Assembly: GCA_012026655.1 (NCBI GenBank)
Contig: JAAILG010001290.1
Location: 1-64,000, forward strand
Length of the DNA stretch: 64,000 bases
Reading direction: 5' to 3'
DNA from: Hydrolagus affinis
Taxonomy: Eukaryota
Each line of letters starts with the position of its first letter. Within the stretch, counting starts at the first letter, position 1. A model generated the notes under the pieces. It saw only the letters and a list, made by a program, of their open reading frames with translations. It did no database searches and was not told where the DNA came from. Below, piece after piece: positions 26,596 to 38,870 of the stretch. A program made the position numbers and the translations under genes.

Positions 26596-28494
26596 CATGC
26601 AGTATATCAAGTTATTTAACAATATCAGGACTGTTGCTATAAAACATTGCTCATCATTCACATCTCATTAGTTTAGTGGTTTCCCATAATAGCCGTGTTT
26701 GGTCTGCTCTAAATTTCTCAGGATGGATAAGGATGTTACATTTCCAAGGAGGAGTCAAGCAGTTTTTGTAAGACCCACCAATGTAGAAAATCCACCAGTT
26801 GTAGCTCTGGTCAGGAAACTAGTTTACGTTTATTTTCCTACAACTTCAGGGCAATCATATAGTCAGTAAAAACTATTTTGCATTGATTTAAAAGCTTTAT
26901 TCTCTAATACTCTTCAAAACGCGATGGGACATGAAGCATTCCCCTTTCAACAGGATGTACAAACAATCTGCTCTCAGGCTTCAGAACATGGAGCCCTTCA
27001 CAGACAGTCTCTGGGATAGATAAGAGACAAAACTTTAATTCTCCAACCAGAAAGTGTTTGTTTTTTATAGGGAAATGTAAAGAACTTGGGAGCTGATTCA
27101 AGCAATGAAAGGTGACGAAGCGAAACTAATAAGATTTTTTAAAAAAAATATCTCACTGATCAAGAGATGCAAGAAAGCTGGGACAAAGTGTAAAAATGCA
27201 CAATACTGCCTTTCCCTAAAATGAAATTAGTCAATGAAGTTATTGCATTTCCTGAAAGTTATTTGCAACTTGATGCCAATGTGATGTGAATCATGAAGAA
27301 ATGGAAATATGGTCCATTCCACATTGCCATTTCTGTGCAGCTGTGGGTTATACAGAGCTTTTGGTGTGATCTTAATGTTTAGTCACTCCTAGTGCAGGTT
27401 TATACAGGTTCAGTTCATGGTCTGAGATTACTGCTATGGGTGAAGTGATTCAAATACTGATTAAAAAAAAATGGGCATCAACTGAGTCCTCATACCTGTT
27501 TTGACAATGCAATTGGTGTCTGCTTTACAAATGAATTCACAAAGGTCTGTGTGAACAGGTCAGGCAGTGTTAATCTGGCATGCATAGTGAATTAGGATCA
27601 TAATGAACCAAAGAGAAGTAGAAATAAGTGAGGTAACAACATTTATACAATGCTTGTTTAAATGGCCAATATGCAGACTATTTTGCAAAGTGCTGAAAGA
27701 GTTAATTGAATTTTTTTATCTGAACAACCAATGTTGCGTTTGATTTTCATAAACACCTAAAGCTTTGTTTTTTTCAATGGCTTCTGCAACATTTTCTCAG
27801 TGCCATTGAAATCCACTTAAGCACTTATTAACTTATTATATCCTGACACATTCCAGAGCTTACTGGGACTGTTTAATTTGGTCTCAATTACTATTGTATG
27901 AACGTTGCTGGGGTGACAAAGTTATCCAAATGAATTCCTATAGGCAAGAGGTCCCTGCATCTCATCAGAAGCAGAGCTCCATAGAAAAATGACAGCAGAT
28001 AGAGCAAAACTCTGCTCCTGACCTCAACTACTCCGTCCCCCTTCCAACCTAAAGCTCCTCTAATCTTACCAAGCTAATTCAGCTGCCTGCTTTCGACACT
28101 CCAAGAGATTCCCAGCGAGAGTACTACAGAATTCTTTCTATGCAAGTCTGTATTGTTTTTTTCTCTCTGTGGGATCTTGAATATTAATCTCAGACAGCCC
28201 GTCCTGGCATTTGCAAGTGACCTGAAATTAACATGGAGATGTATAGAATGTACACATTTCCACCCAGTGAGTTTTGAGATCTTCGGGCCAGATTCTTCAT
28301 TTGATAACATAGTGTAACAGTTCAATCCAATGGAATGTGAAATAGCTAACGTTTTATTTGCTAAAAAATCAGATTGTCATTATAAAGAAGTTTACCAGGC
28401 ATTTTACTGCTATGAAAAATGCAATGAAGTGTGAAATATTCAATGGCACTTAAGTATGGCGATGTAGACCAATAAATGTCTGCTCCTACACATG

Positions 28495-29045
28495 GAAAAT
28501 GACCTGGATGTGATTATTGATTGTTCACTGAATGTTTCCAGTCAAGGTAAAGCTGCTATCAACATGCAAATCAAATCCTGCTACTAGATTGCGTCTTGAA
28601 GGTCATTCACTGGATATCAAATTAAAGGGTTTTACAGCACTCCAAGATGTTATCCTATGTGAAGGGTGCTATATTTTTAACAAAGGATAGATCACTGACA
28701 AGGTCTCGCTGAGAAAATTATGTGCAGTTTTGGACATCCTATCTTTGAATGGCCATTGAAATAAGCAGAAAGCAAGGTTCAGCGGAGGACAGCGGGGTCA
28801 TTTTGGAAAGTTGTAATGAAAGATTTCAGAGAACCGAATGGCTTTTTACTAGAAAAACAGCTTGAAGTGGTCTTGATCCAGGTCTTTAAAATAACAAGAC
28901 GTTGATGATGGTGGTATAAGAAGCTCATCTGACTTAATTTGAGAACAAAACCGCTGGAAATACCATATGTTTAAATTACAAAAATCTCAAGCAGGCCTAT
29001 CGATTAGAAAAACATTCTCAGAGTTGTGGACATGTGGCACTGATT
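28495..29045 (+). mobile_element. Ancient CR1 ORF2 fragment, interrupted by an L2 tail at ~28635-28680
   Basis: gacctggatgtgattattgattgttcactg (DL.V.ID.SL), tatgtgcagttttggacatcc (YVQFWTS, cf. CVQFWSP), gttcagcggagg (VQRR), gatccaggtctttaaaata (IQVFKI). Confidence 0.7.
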
Positions 29046-29769
29046 CTGGACATATGTAGTTGATGGTCAGTGTATAGTTGTTATAGTGCAGGGGAAGTAT
29101 TGGAAGATAGATAGCCTGAACAGATGTCTGTCCTAGGGGAGAGACTGTGGAGAGAAGGAAGCCATCATTGAAGTCCATATGTCGGGATTAAATGAATATT
29201 TTTGATGGTTTAGTAAGGATGCTTGAGGATTTTCCTCCCCGAAGAATCAAATGGGCAGTGAGGAGTTCATAATAACACAGGTGTTGGTGAGCCAGGCTAT
29301 TTAGTGATTAATGCATTTAATCTTTCCAACAGTTTTTGGAAATTCATGAGATTGTACAAAGCCCTGTAATTTCCTGCTGTGCCCTGGAGGAGATGGCGAT
29401 GTGTGGAAGGTTCAAGTCCTCTGATTTTATATTATCCTGTCTCTACCAAAAATAGTTAGAAGTATTAGTTTAGGAAATAGGATTAGAGTAGGTTGTTTAA
29501 ATTGGATTAGCCTTCCCAACCCAAACGTGATGAGCTGGATGGCCTTGTTCTGCACTCTAAACCTTTTATGATTACCATAATAAAATGTATTATAAAATAT
29601 GTGTGGTGCCTTTCTGAGTGAGATTTAATGTACAGTATTGTGTATTTAACAAGTCAGCTGGCACAAGAGTGGGTGTGAGGAAAGAATAATACTGTAGCTG
29701 TGTCTCAGAGTAGGACAAATTATTCGTGCGCACCCCACCTACCTGATGATACGTTTGATAAAGTGCGTT

Positions 29770-30092
29770 AATATCAACACCTCCAAGCACTTCAGAGAGA
29801 ATTTGTGTCAAGTGCAGTATCTGTGTTTGAGGTCACACAAGTGAACAACAACCAGCTATAAAGTGAATGGCAAATTCATCTGAATGATTATTCAAAATTT
29901 TCTTTTCCAATAGGACCTTTTAAAGTCCAGCTGAACACTGAGCCGCGACCTCCTTTTATTGTCGCATCTGAAGGATGGCACCCTGCAACAATACAGTTGA
30001 GTGTCAGTCTCGACTGGGAACTCAAAGCGTAGTCAAACCTACAACTTTTTGATACCAAGGTGAGAATGCTACCAACTGCACCAAGCTGACTG
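29770..30092 (-). mobile_element. Deu-domain SINE (SacSINE1/AmnSINE1-like), degraded
   Basis: Reverse complement has the head agtcagcttggtgcagttggtagcattctcacc and the Deu-like block gccatccttcagatgcgacaataaaaggaggtcgcggc. Homologous to the 43143 copy. Confidence 0.7.
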
Positions 30093-32009
30093 GCAAGTCA
30101 TCTGCATTGTATATTTTTGTTCTGAGGAGAGTTGTACATTCTTTCTCTTCAGGCAAATGCAATTTAGGGTTTTTAAAAATATATATATATGAAACGCTAA
30201 CGTCTTTATCCGAGTGCTTGTCTGGCACTTCTCTCCAGGCTGGGTGCCAGGTCAGGCACAATATGTCACAGTACTGTTTGAAAGTTGGCACTGGCGCGAA
30301 CCTCCCTTTCTGCTCTGGGAATCACCGCAAATTGTGCTCCGTGCCAGTGTGAAATAGAACACAATGGTCCAAGCACGCCACTGTACACGGAGAGACCGTT
30401 GACGTCATTGCTCTTTTTGGCCAGCTTTGCGTGACGTCAACTGGTGCTCATGCAAACAGGCTTAGCAGGCATGTGAAGAGCTGTTGGAAACTGAAAGAAA
30501 CTGGACTTGTTATATAATTACATATATAAATGTATGGAAAGAAAACTTTGGTTCAAACTTTGCAGGTCATTTTCGCAGCTGTTTCACAGCACAAAATATT
30601 CTCACACTCAGCAAGATTACACTCAGTGCACAGAGAGTTAGCTGGCAATGTTGATGCTCATTCCCTGATGGACCACTTTGTCAAACAGCAATTTGGTGTA
30701 AAACCCAAAGACAGACTTCCAATGCAAGCTAGTTGGCTTTAATGATGATGATGATGACTTCTAGTACAAATTGTGCTATTTTTTATCATAAAAGAAGTTA
30801 ACATGTTTAATAAAATACCGTTAATATTCGCATTTGACCCCTTTTATATGGGAGGACGTCTCAAAGCGCTTCACATAGTTTATTGTGAAGTGCAGTGATT
30901 ATGCATTTTTGTAGGCATTTCTGTGTTCATTTAATTGTGGAAATATTCATTTTGCCAGTAAGTAGCCCAGCATATGGTTTTGTTCCAAAGCAAAACAATA
31001 TCAAATTCAGTCTCTGGAATTAACAACCATCATGTTTTGTTTATAATCGTGATTTAATAAATCCCAGGTGCTGTTTAACGTCTTCTAGAAAAGATCGCTT
31101 TCTCTCTATTCTGCAGCGTCCTGGCGGAGGCAAAGCTGCAGATTATAAAAGCAGTGAAAGAACTGGCAACATTTTAGTCTCAATGTAAAATATCTAATGT
31201 GGGAAACGGCTGACCAAATATGTCGTGCTGTCTGTCTGCAACCAAACTAAAGCTGGGTTTAGACTATTGTTTCTTATTTTAGAGACCAGCAATCGTTTGA
31301 GTCCAGAAGTGTGGAAGAAAAAACTATTCAGCAGTGTCACTCCAGCCTCCATCTCTCAAAAGTGTTGTGTGCTGGAGTTTTCTTGTAAAGGAACACAGAC
31401 TCCCTCCCTGCTTTCTATTTACCTGTCATTATAGCATCAACTGATTTACTTGGAGTTTCACTTTCTATACTGCAGAACCTCATGGTTTTGGTGGCGAGGA
31501 GGAGGATAAAAAGCAAATTAACCCTAATTTGTGTGAGAAAAGGTGATGGAATGAGTGTGTGTTGAAAGACGTACATTATCTCCTCACGGTTTACCATAGT
31601 CCTTTCAGGAATTGCAGCTTTTTGTTTGCAGGGTGCAGTTTTGCCGGGTTTCCTAGGTGAAACCATCCAAACATGTAATACTTGTTTGTTTCTGCAAAAC
31701 ATTTTCTGTTGCTTCAATAAAGAGATTTTTTAAGCAGCTGACGAATTTAATACTTCAGCTGAGACAGTTCTCTGGTTCTCTTCCAAAGGCTGAATACGGT
31801 TACTAACTTTTTAGAAGCATTCGAGATTATCGAAGGGCAAGGCACATTTCATTTCACTGGGGGGGAAATAAATGGTACAGTTGAAAAGGAGAAGTCCAAC
31901 AATTGTATGAAACTAATGGACTTTAAAGGGTGTGTTAGTGCGTTAGATTATGGAGGTTTTAGGGGGAGTTGCAGATTTTTGCAACACCTTTGGCTCAGAG
32001 TCAGGATCC

Positions 32010-32078
32010 TCCACTGTTAAGCAGTCTGAGCTGCTACCCTACGTGGAGGGCACTATATAAGTGCAAGTTGTTGTTTTT
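32010..32078 (+). mobile_element. L2 tail-only fragment
   Basis: acgtggagggcactatataagtgcaagttgttgttt. Similar short tails occur near 6303, 8170, 20065, 23405, 30825, 34390, 35575, 50853, 58775 and 62378. Confidence 0.7.
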
Positions 32079-32122
32079 TCGCAGTCAATGTGCACTGCAG
32101 CGTAGTATGTTGAGTATTGCAG

Positions 32123-32871
32123 TTTGATTTTTGCATTAAGAGTTTTCCTTTTTACTTCAAATTCGGTAAAATCCAAAGGAAAAATGATTCGCAGCACCAG
32201 GCACTGCTTTGGATACTGCACAGAATAACTTTCACAAAACACAAAATACTACGGATGCTGGGAATCTGAAACAAAAACAGAAGTTGCTGGGGAAAGTCAG
32301 CAGGTCAGGCAGCATCCATGGAGAAAGGAAAATGAGTCGACGTTTTGGGTCTACAACCCTTCGTCAGAGGGGTTTGACGAAGGGTTGTAGACCTGAAATG
32401 TTGATTCATTTTCCCTTCTCCATGGATGCTGCCTGACCTTCTGACTTTCCCCAGCAACTTCTGTTTTTGTTTCAGAATAACTTTCACATTTGATTGCAGG
32501 CAATAAAATGCACCATTCTTAATTCAGTGTCCATTGTGCTCAAAATATAGTGCAGTAGAATACATGCTGTATTCAGCCAGAAATCCTCTCGCTGTCTGCT
32601 CAGGCAGATTGTTTTGAGACCAATCATTTTAAATTGCAGCAATATACTCCTAACGGTTACTTGACATTAGTCCTCGGCAAATAAACTGTTGTATGTTTGA
32701 AATCTTTGAGTGTACTCCAATTCTTCTATCAGCACTTCATGCTGATGTGAAGCTTACAATTTGGCTTTCATCCAGACCATGATCAAGTCAACTTTCTTCC
32801 ATCTTTATTACATTGGACTGCAATATATCGAATTTGAAGAAAAAAGTAAAAATCTCAATGCAAAAAACAAA
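32123..32871. repeat. 43-bp inverted-repeat pair (32123-32165 / 32829-32871), possibly an old foldback or TIR element
   Basis: Reverse complement of the left arm cgaatttgaagtaaaaaggaaaactcttaatgcaaaaatcaaa vs right arm cgaatttgaagaaaaaagtaaaaatctcaatgcaaaaaacaaa: 38/43 identical, no gaps. Confidence 0.8.
32237..32476. mobile_element. Head-to-head palindromic Penelope-like element end with two degenerate hammerhead cores and a 16-bp TSD
   Basis: Arms 32265-32368 and 32373-32476 (104 bp each, 96/104 identical) around a GGGG loop. Direct repeat cagaataactttcaca at 32221-32236 and 32473-32488. Inferred arm consensus CTGACGA-agggttgtagaccc-GAAA-cgtc. Confidence 0.85.
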
Positions 32872-33139
32872 TCGCTTTGGCTATCTGGAACTTCGAACAT
32901 CACTCACCAATCTCTTTCCCCTTTCCCCCTCTCTCCCCATCTCCCCTGCCCCTCTCCCTGCCCCCCCTCTCTGTTTCTGTGGGACTTCATTTTTGAGTTT
33001 AAGATTTGAAGAACCTGATTTAATTGGCTTGATTTGTGACCTTTAGTTTCAGTGTTTTTTGTGTACAGTAATATGCTTTTGGCCATGTTACACCAATAAT
33101 TCTCAGCTTTGTGCTGAATTTTGTAATGTTTTGATGGAC

Positions 33140-33890
33140 CTCTCCATGCAACTGTGATGCAATTCATCAAGTAACAGAGGACACAGTCATAATGTCTGAC
33201 CCTGGTAAACTGCATTGAAGCTAAGATCTGCTCAGAGCTGCACCACATGTTGGCATTAAGTTCAAATGATGGGACAAAATCAATCTTTGGGTTTGAAACA
33301 AGCGCACGTCCCATCTGGAAACCATCAACTTTGGCCCAATCCATGTCTCTCAGCCTCATGGGACACAATACAAATGCTTGGAATATGCTCTTACCGTTAG
33401 TTTTAGATGTATATTTCTGCTTTCTTAATGAGCAAACCAATGATTACAATGTTTTTACCAGTGTTAAGGATTTGAGTTTCGATGATGCCTATTTATGAGG
33501 AGAGCTGCCAATTCAGAAAACTTCCCAAACATTCCCTGAGGATGGGATCTTTCTGAAGTTTACATTGCTACAGAAACAAACCTTGCATTTGTGTCTTTAC
33601 TGGGCAAAACATATTAAGAACAGATCACATTAAAACCCATTACACTGTTAATTTCGGTCATTGACATTAATTCCGTGCTCTGGAACTCCATCCCATGTTC
33701 CCTTCAACTCGCTCCCTCCCTTGCCTCCTTCAAGTCATGCCTCAAGACCTTTCTCTTCGACCATGGCTTCAACCACCTTCCATATCATCTCTACTCTCCC
33801 TGATCCCAACTCTGCTCTACTTTCCCTGCTCAGGTCCCAGTGACCCTGACTGTTCAGCACGTTGAGATGCCCTCCCAACATGAAAGTGTG
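33140..33890 (+). mobile_element. Old L2 LINE, degraded RT-to-tail fragment
   Basis: 33680-33890 has ctctggaactcc...ttcaagtcatgcctcaagacctttctcttcgacc and an L2 tail. 33180-33295 weakly resembles the post-YADD L.LN..KT..I.FG region, so the upstream limit is uncertain. Confidence 0.6.
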
Positions 33891-36800
33891 TGAGTTTTGT
33901 GGGTTTATTTACATTTTAAATTGCATCCACATCAACCACAATGGTCTTTTCCAGTTCTGTACATTCTTCTGAATGTAGTACCACGCCCATTTTCAGTAAG
34001 TGTGTCTACCCAATTTTTAAATATGATATTTCTTGTGTCGTTTCCTCGATTGTAACTTTTGTGGTTACCAAATGTGTATATTCCGGAAAATAGAATAGTT
34101 GGATGGCATTTTCATACAAGCCTGACTTGGCACAAAATAAGTAACAAAAGCAAAGTAACGATAAGAAAAATGTCCCACATATGATAATCTGCTGCAGATT
34201 TTCAGAAAAATCATTGCTGCATTTTTTCCTGTCTCGGTACTCTTACAAATATTTTAATGAAATGAATGAAAATATGTTGTGGTCAAACTTTTGCACCAAG
34301 GTAACATTGCAGGAAGAAAATAAATTATCTAAGTATCATAAAAGAAAGCACATGATGCTTGAAAGTTAGTATTGATGTTTATAATTCATACACTACCTTG
34401 CATGAAGGGTACTATAGAAACGTAAGGTTTTTTTTTGTGTGTATATAAATGCAGTGTACAGTTATGAGACAGTGTAAAGATAATATTTCTTTTACTGGAC
34501 ATATATAAATGTCAGGTGAGAAGAGGATGAAAAATTCCCCTGCCATCATTATTATCACCGGTCAGCGTTTTAACACTGCCTAATGTTACTTACACTAATT
34601 TCTTGAGTGAGTCATCGGAGGGTGTTTTGGAATCTGTGAAGCTTTATCATAGCAGGCATTTGTGGAGAAGAAGATAAATTAGGATGGGGGAGGGCAATAA
34701 ATGGGGAATATTAATTCAATATTTCAGCAGATGTACATCAAGAATTCAAGCTTAACTTAGTCATTAGTTAATACCTGTTCATTGTTGCTCTGCAGGGCTA
34801 TGGCGACCATGGGCTGGTATGGCAGGGGACTCGTGTGAGACAACTAGGCCTGGGATGGCAGAGGTTTAGGCTGGCACAGGCATCAAGTTCATACTAGTTA
34901 TGTGTAAACCTAGAATGCAACAGTTTCGTCAAAATAGAGAAGACCAGGTCTGCTAGGCAGCTTTAAGGTACGTAAGCTATAAAGTAGCCAATAATTTTCC
35001 TTCTATCTCAGACAGTTTGTATAAAGGAAGATGGTAGAATAGCCAGATGGCAGCGAGGGCCACAGTTTTATTTTCCATTGCTGCAGTAGTGGGGTAGATA
35101 GCTTATAAAATCATACCACAAGCAATGCAATATGTTATTGATTGCTAAGGGAAGAGTAATTTGTAACTAGCAATTATAGACCATAGGCCACTAATCTGTA
35201 TGTGTGAACGGATCACTTGTAAATCACTATATCCTGAAGTGACTCTGGTCTGACCTTTTGTTTCTTATTTGAATGCTTTGCAGTGCAATTTCCTGTAATC
35301 CAAGTCACTACAAAGGTGAGAAGAATCTCCGTTCTCGGATAAAGTTACTAGAATCTTGAATGCTTTCATTCGTATTTAAAAATGAATTGCACAAGAATTC
35401 ATGAGAAATTCTCCTGGGGCATATCTGAATCTTCCTGTGACATCCTGTGCTGATTTCTTTTCAATGCATTTTCAATCTAAAATTTGAGGACTTTTTGAAA
35501 TCTTTAAATGGTCTCTGCAGATGTAAAACTATCTTCCTTGTTGAACAATTTCAATCTTCTTCCTTTCTACTAAAAGTGCTCTGAGACACTACCCTGCATG
35601 AAGGGCGCAATAGGGTAAAGAGAAGGATACATTAAATCCCTTCATAGGATATACTGTGAAGTGTAGCTTTTTTTTGTGGGCCATCACAGCAACCAATTTG
35701 CACACAGCAATATTCTACAAACTGCTATCAAGTGAAACATTAAGGTACAAAGAACACAATACTTTATACAAAAATGCTTAGTGAAGAATTATTGAGGGAG
35801 CTGGATGATGGGATGGTTACCATCTTATTAGGATTCAAAGCAATCCAAGTACAGTAGAATGGAATGATAGATTTTTGACTTTGTAGGCCCCATGGACCTT
35901 TAATTGAAATAAGTTTGGACAATCACAATCCAGTTCTGAATGAGAGTGAGGGCATACTACAATATTTTAACTACACTTGGTGTTCGAATCAAGAAGTTGC
36001 AAAAGAAATGAAGTTTCCACAATGCCCTTTTCTAAGAGTGGTATTGAGAACCATTAATGGGAAAGAGCTTGACTCTGTTTATTCACATTTTAGCCTGAAA
36101 TTCTTTGATCTTGACGTTAGGAACCCTTAATGGAAACTGTGCTCTATTCCCAACTTTGGCTTTTATTGAATTTCCTGTCTGAATAGTTGGGTAAAGTATG
36201 TAGATAATTTTATTAATTTCCCTCAAAAATGTTTATTATTTTGACAACCTAGGACATCTGTAGGAACATTAAAAATGGAACTTTGCATAGTTCTCCTTCA
36301 TGAGTGTGGCTGGGAAGGATGCTTGAGGCTGGGGCACCAAGATGATTCAAGGAACAGATGCTGCACTCAGACAATTGCAGGGTTGGCATTCTGAAAGGAT
36401 GTGAACAACTGCACCAAATTGTCTTTTTCATCTGTGTTTCTCTTGTGGCTTGCCAAAGTACTTAGTAAATCTTGCAGTTTTAGGAGCTACTAATGGAAAA
36501 CATTTGTGATTTGAAGGAATTATTCAAAAATGATTTTTTTCGAACTCACCTTTTTTGCATTGCCTTTGCATTTGTTGCTTTGGATTGTGTGTGTGAGAAT
36601 TGACCCATAACTCTAGTGAACCAATGTTCCATAACAAACCCGCAGGTGTTTCTTTTCTACGCTGATCTGTGTAATCTTTTGAAGTTTACACCATGTTTTT
36701 TCCATTCATTGTGCCAGCCTTATAAAATTCTGTGATCGAATCCATCCAAATGTTTTATTCACTGCACACTTAACTCAATGAATGCCTAAAATATAAAATA

Positions 36801-38169
36801 TATTTGGCAATTATGATCAATGATCTTGGCCCTTACTTTTTGGATTGCTTGTTTGTACTAAATGTCTTAGCAGTGAGCGTAAAACACAATGTTGTCGTCT
36901 TCCAGTTTCTGGGAAAGAACAAAAGTTCCTACCTCTATGCCTAAATTTTGGCTTTGTATTGGGTGGGTCTCCTAATTTAGCTTCAATTCTTAATTTTATC
37001 CCCAATTGGAAAATAAATAGATAAGTGTACCTAATGCACAGATTGCAATGTACATTAAACAGTGTGTTGAATGGTATTTGTGAAATGCACATAACTTTTA
37101 CAAGTTCATTCCAGTGTCATTGATCATTAATTTCTTGGCTGTAGGACATTGTTGTGTTCAATTGAGGTGTTGCTGTTGCCCACAAATAAAATCCACTTCA
37201 CTTTATACTATATCCTGTGCAACAACAACAACAAAATTACACAAGGTGTAGTGTCTTCCTGACATGAAAGCGGTTATATCAAATACAAGGATTACTATTA
37301 AATCACATCTTAAAAAAGCTAATCGTGTGTGTGTTTGTGTGTGAGTTGTGTATACTCAGGCTGATTTACAAAATGGATGTCAACAAGTAGTGATTCAATA
37401 TATTTTTGTTCTACATAGAAATTGGCGGATGTGTGCTGCATTTCTGCCTTTGGGCTTAAATTACCATTATGTTGAAACTAACTTCAATGATCTGCCTCGG
37501 AAAAGGAGATGAAGATTTTGCAAACACATTAATGGAGGGTTCCAGCTTGACATTTTTAAGCTGTGTTTGTTTAAATCAACCCTTCTGGTGCAGGGGCAGT
37601 TGCTGTTCCATTGAAGAACACAAACTATAGTTCATGGTAAGGTTCAAGGTCCTTGCTCTGGGGAAAGCCAGGTTCTTGTATAAAGAGAGTAAACATAACT
37701 GCTAATTTATGCAGCTCCTCTTTCACACACGATAGAGACTGGGTTATCATCTCTCCCTTGTTCTGAATGATTCCTCAAACCAAGCAAAAAACACAAATGG
37801 GCAATCCACCAAATCCATTTAGCTCTGATAACTTGGCCAATTTACTCCTCTAATGCTTGTGTCCAACTTCCTATATAAACTATTGACGTATGTTGACCTC
37901 ACCAGAAATATAACCTTAAAATGTTATTGTGAGAAGCTGTTGGTTGTCCAGGACACATGTTTAGTCCTGTCAGCTGCTCCCTTTTATTCACAGCAAGCTT
38001 CTAAAACGTCAACTTTGAAAAAAGGGTTGAATTGACTCACCAATATTTGGCACTTTAGAGGTTTGGACAGAGGAGAAAAGCAGAAAGGATTATTTTTAAA
38101 CGTCAGGGTTACATCTCCTGAAGAAAACCCTCTCATGCTAGGGTTTAGTTTCACAAGCTATAGGAGGAT

Positions 38170-38432
38170 TTTAGTACTCAGCCAAGTACCAGGCTAGACA
38201 TTAAACATCAGTCAGCAGCTGGTGGAACAGGAGCAATGACTGAGCTTAATCCTGTGCTCCCCTGAAATATACACTTCAGCAAGATTTACTGGATAGCAAT
38301 TGGGATTCAGAACCCTGGGTTATTTTGCTACCCTCACTCGGCTCAGATTATTTGTTGAAAGTGAAACCTTGCTAGCCTTTGACTGGCTCAACAACACTTT
38401 GCTGTGTGCTACCCACACAACTGTTGGGCAGT
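38170..38432 (-). mobile_element. Ancient SINE family C (AmnSINE2-like by recall), degraded
   Basis: Reverse complement contains aaaataacccagggttctgaatcccaattgctatccagtaaatcttgctgaag...gagcacaggattaagctcagtca, homologous to the 55905 and 62085 copies. Confidence 0.55.
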
Positions 38433-38437
38433 GCTAC

Positions 38438-38870
38438 AACAACAACAACAAATTACATTTATAGAGCGCCTTTCACGTCGGGAGGACGTCCCAAGGCGCT
38501 GCACAAGAGGCGTGTGACCCGAGCTGGGAAGGGAGTGTTCGGGAAGGGGTGAAACACGTAGGGGAGGTCGAAAAATTCAGGGTGGAACAAAAGGCACGGT
38601 CGAAGAGGAAAGTCTTCAAACCGGCCTTGAAAGAAGAAAGGGAAGAAACGAGATGGAGGGATTGGGGGATGGAATTCCATAGGGTGGGAGCGGAGAAACT
38701 GAAGGCCCGGCCTCCGATGGTGGGGCGGTTCGGGCAAGGGGCTTGGAGCAGGCCAAGTCCTGCTGAACGGAGGGTCCGGGTGGGCTTGTAGGGGGAGAGT
38801 AGATTGGTTAAGTAGGGCGGGGCAAGGCCATGTAAGGCCTTGAAAGTGAGGACGAGGATCTTGAACTCGA
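38438..38870 (-). mobile_element. Young 5'-truncated L2 LINE with ORF2 C-terminus and candidate TSD
   Basis: Reverse complement translates EFKILVLTFKALHGLAPPYLTNLLSPYKPTRTLRSAGLGLL, a typical L2 ORF2 end, then UTR, stem-loop and (ttg)n. gctac is duplicated at 38433-38437 and 38871-38875. Confidence 0.92.

Noticed and set aside
32209-32487. Mirror ORFs on both strands (QKQKLLGKV...FSMDAA)
   Set aside because: A by-product of the DNA palindrome. The same peptide appears in the 44674 repeat copy.
32904-33440. 178-aa minus-strand ORF
   Set aside because: Spans a low-complexity purine tract and the antisense of a decayed L2. No recognisable domain.
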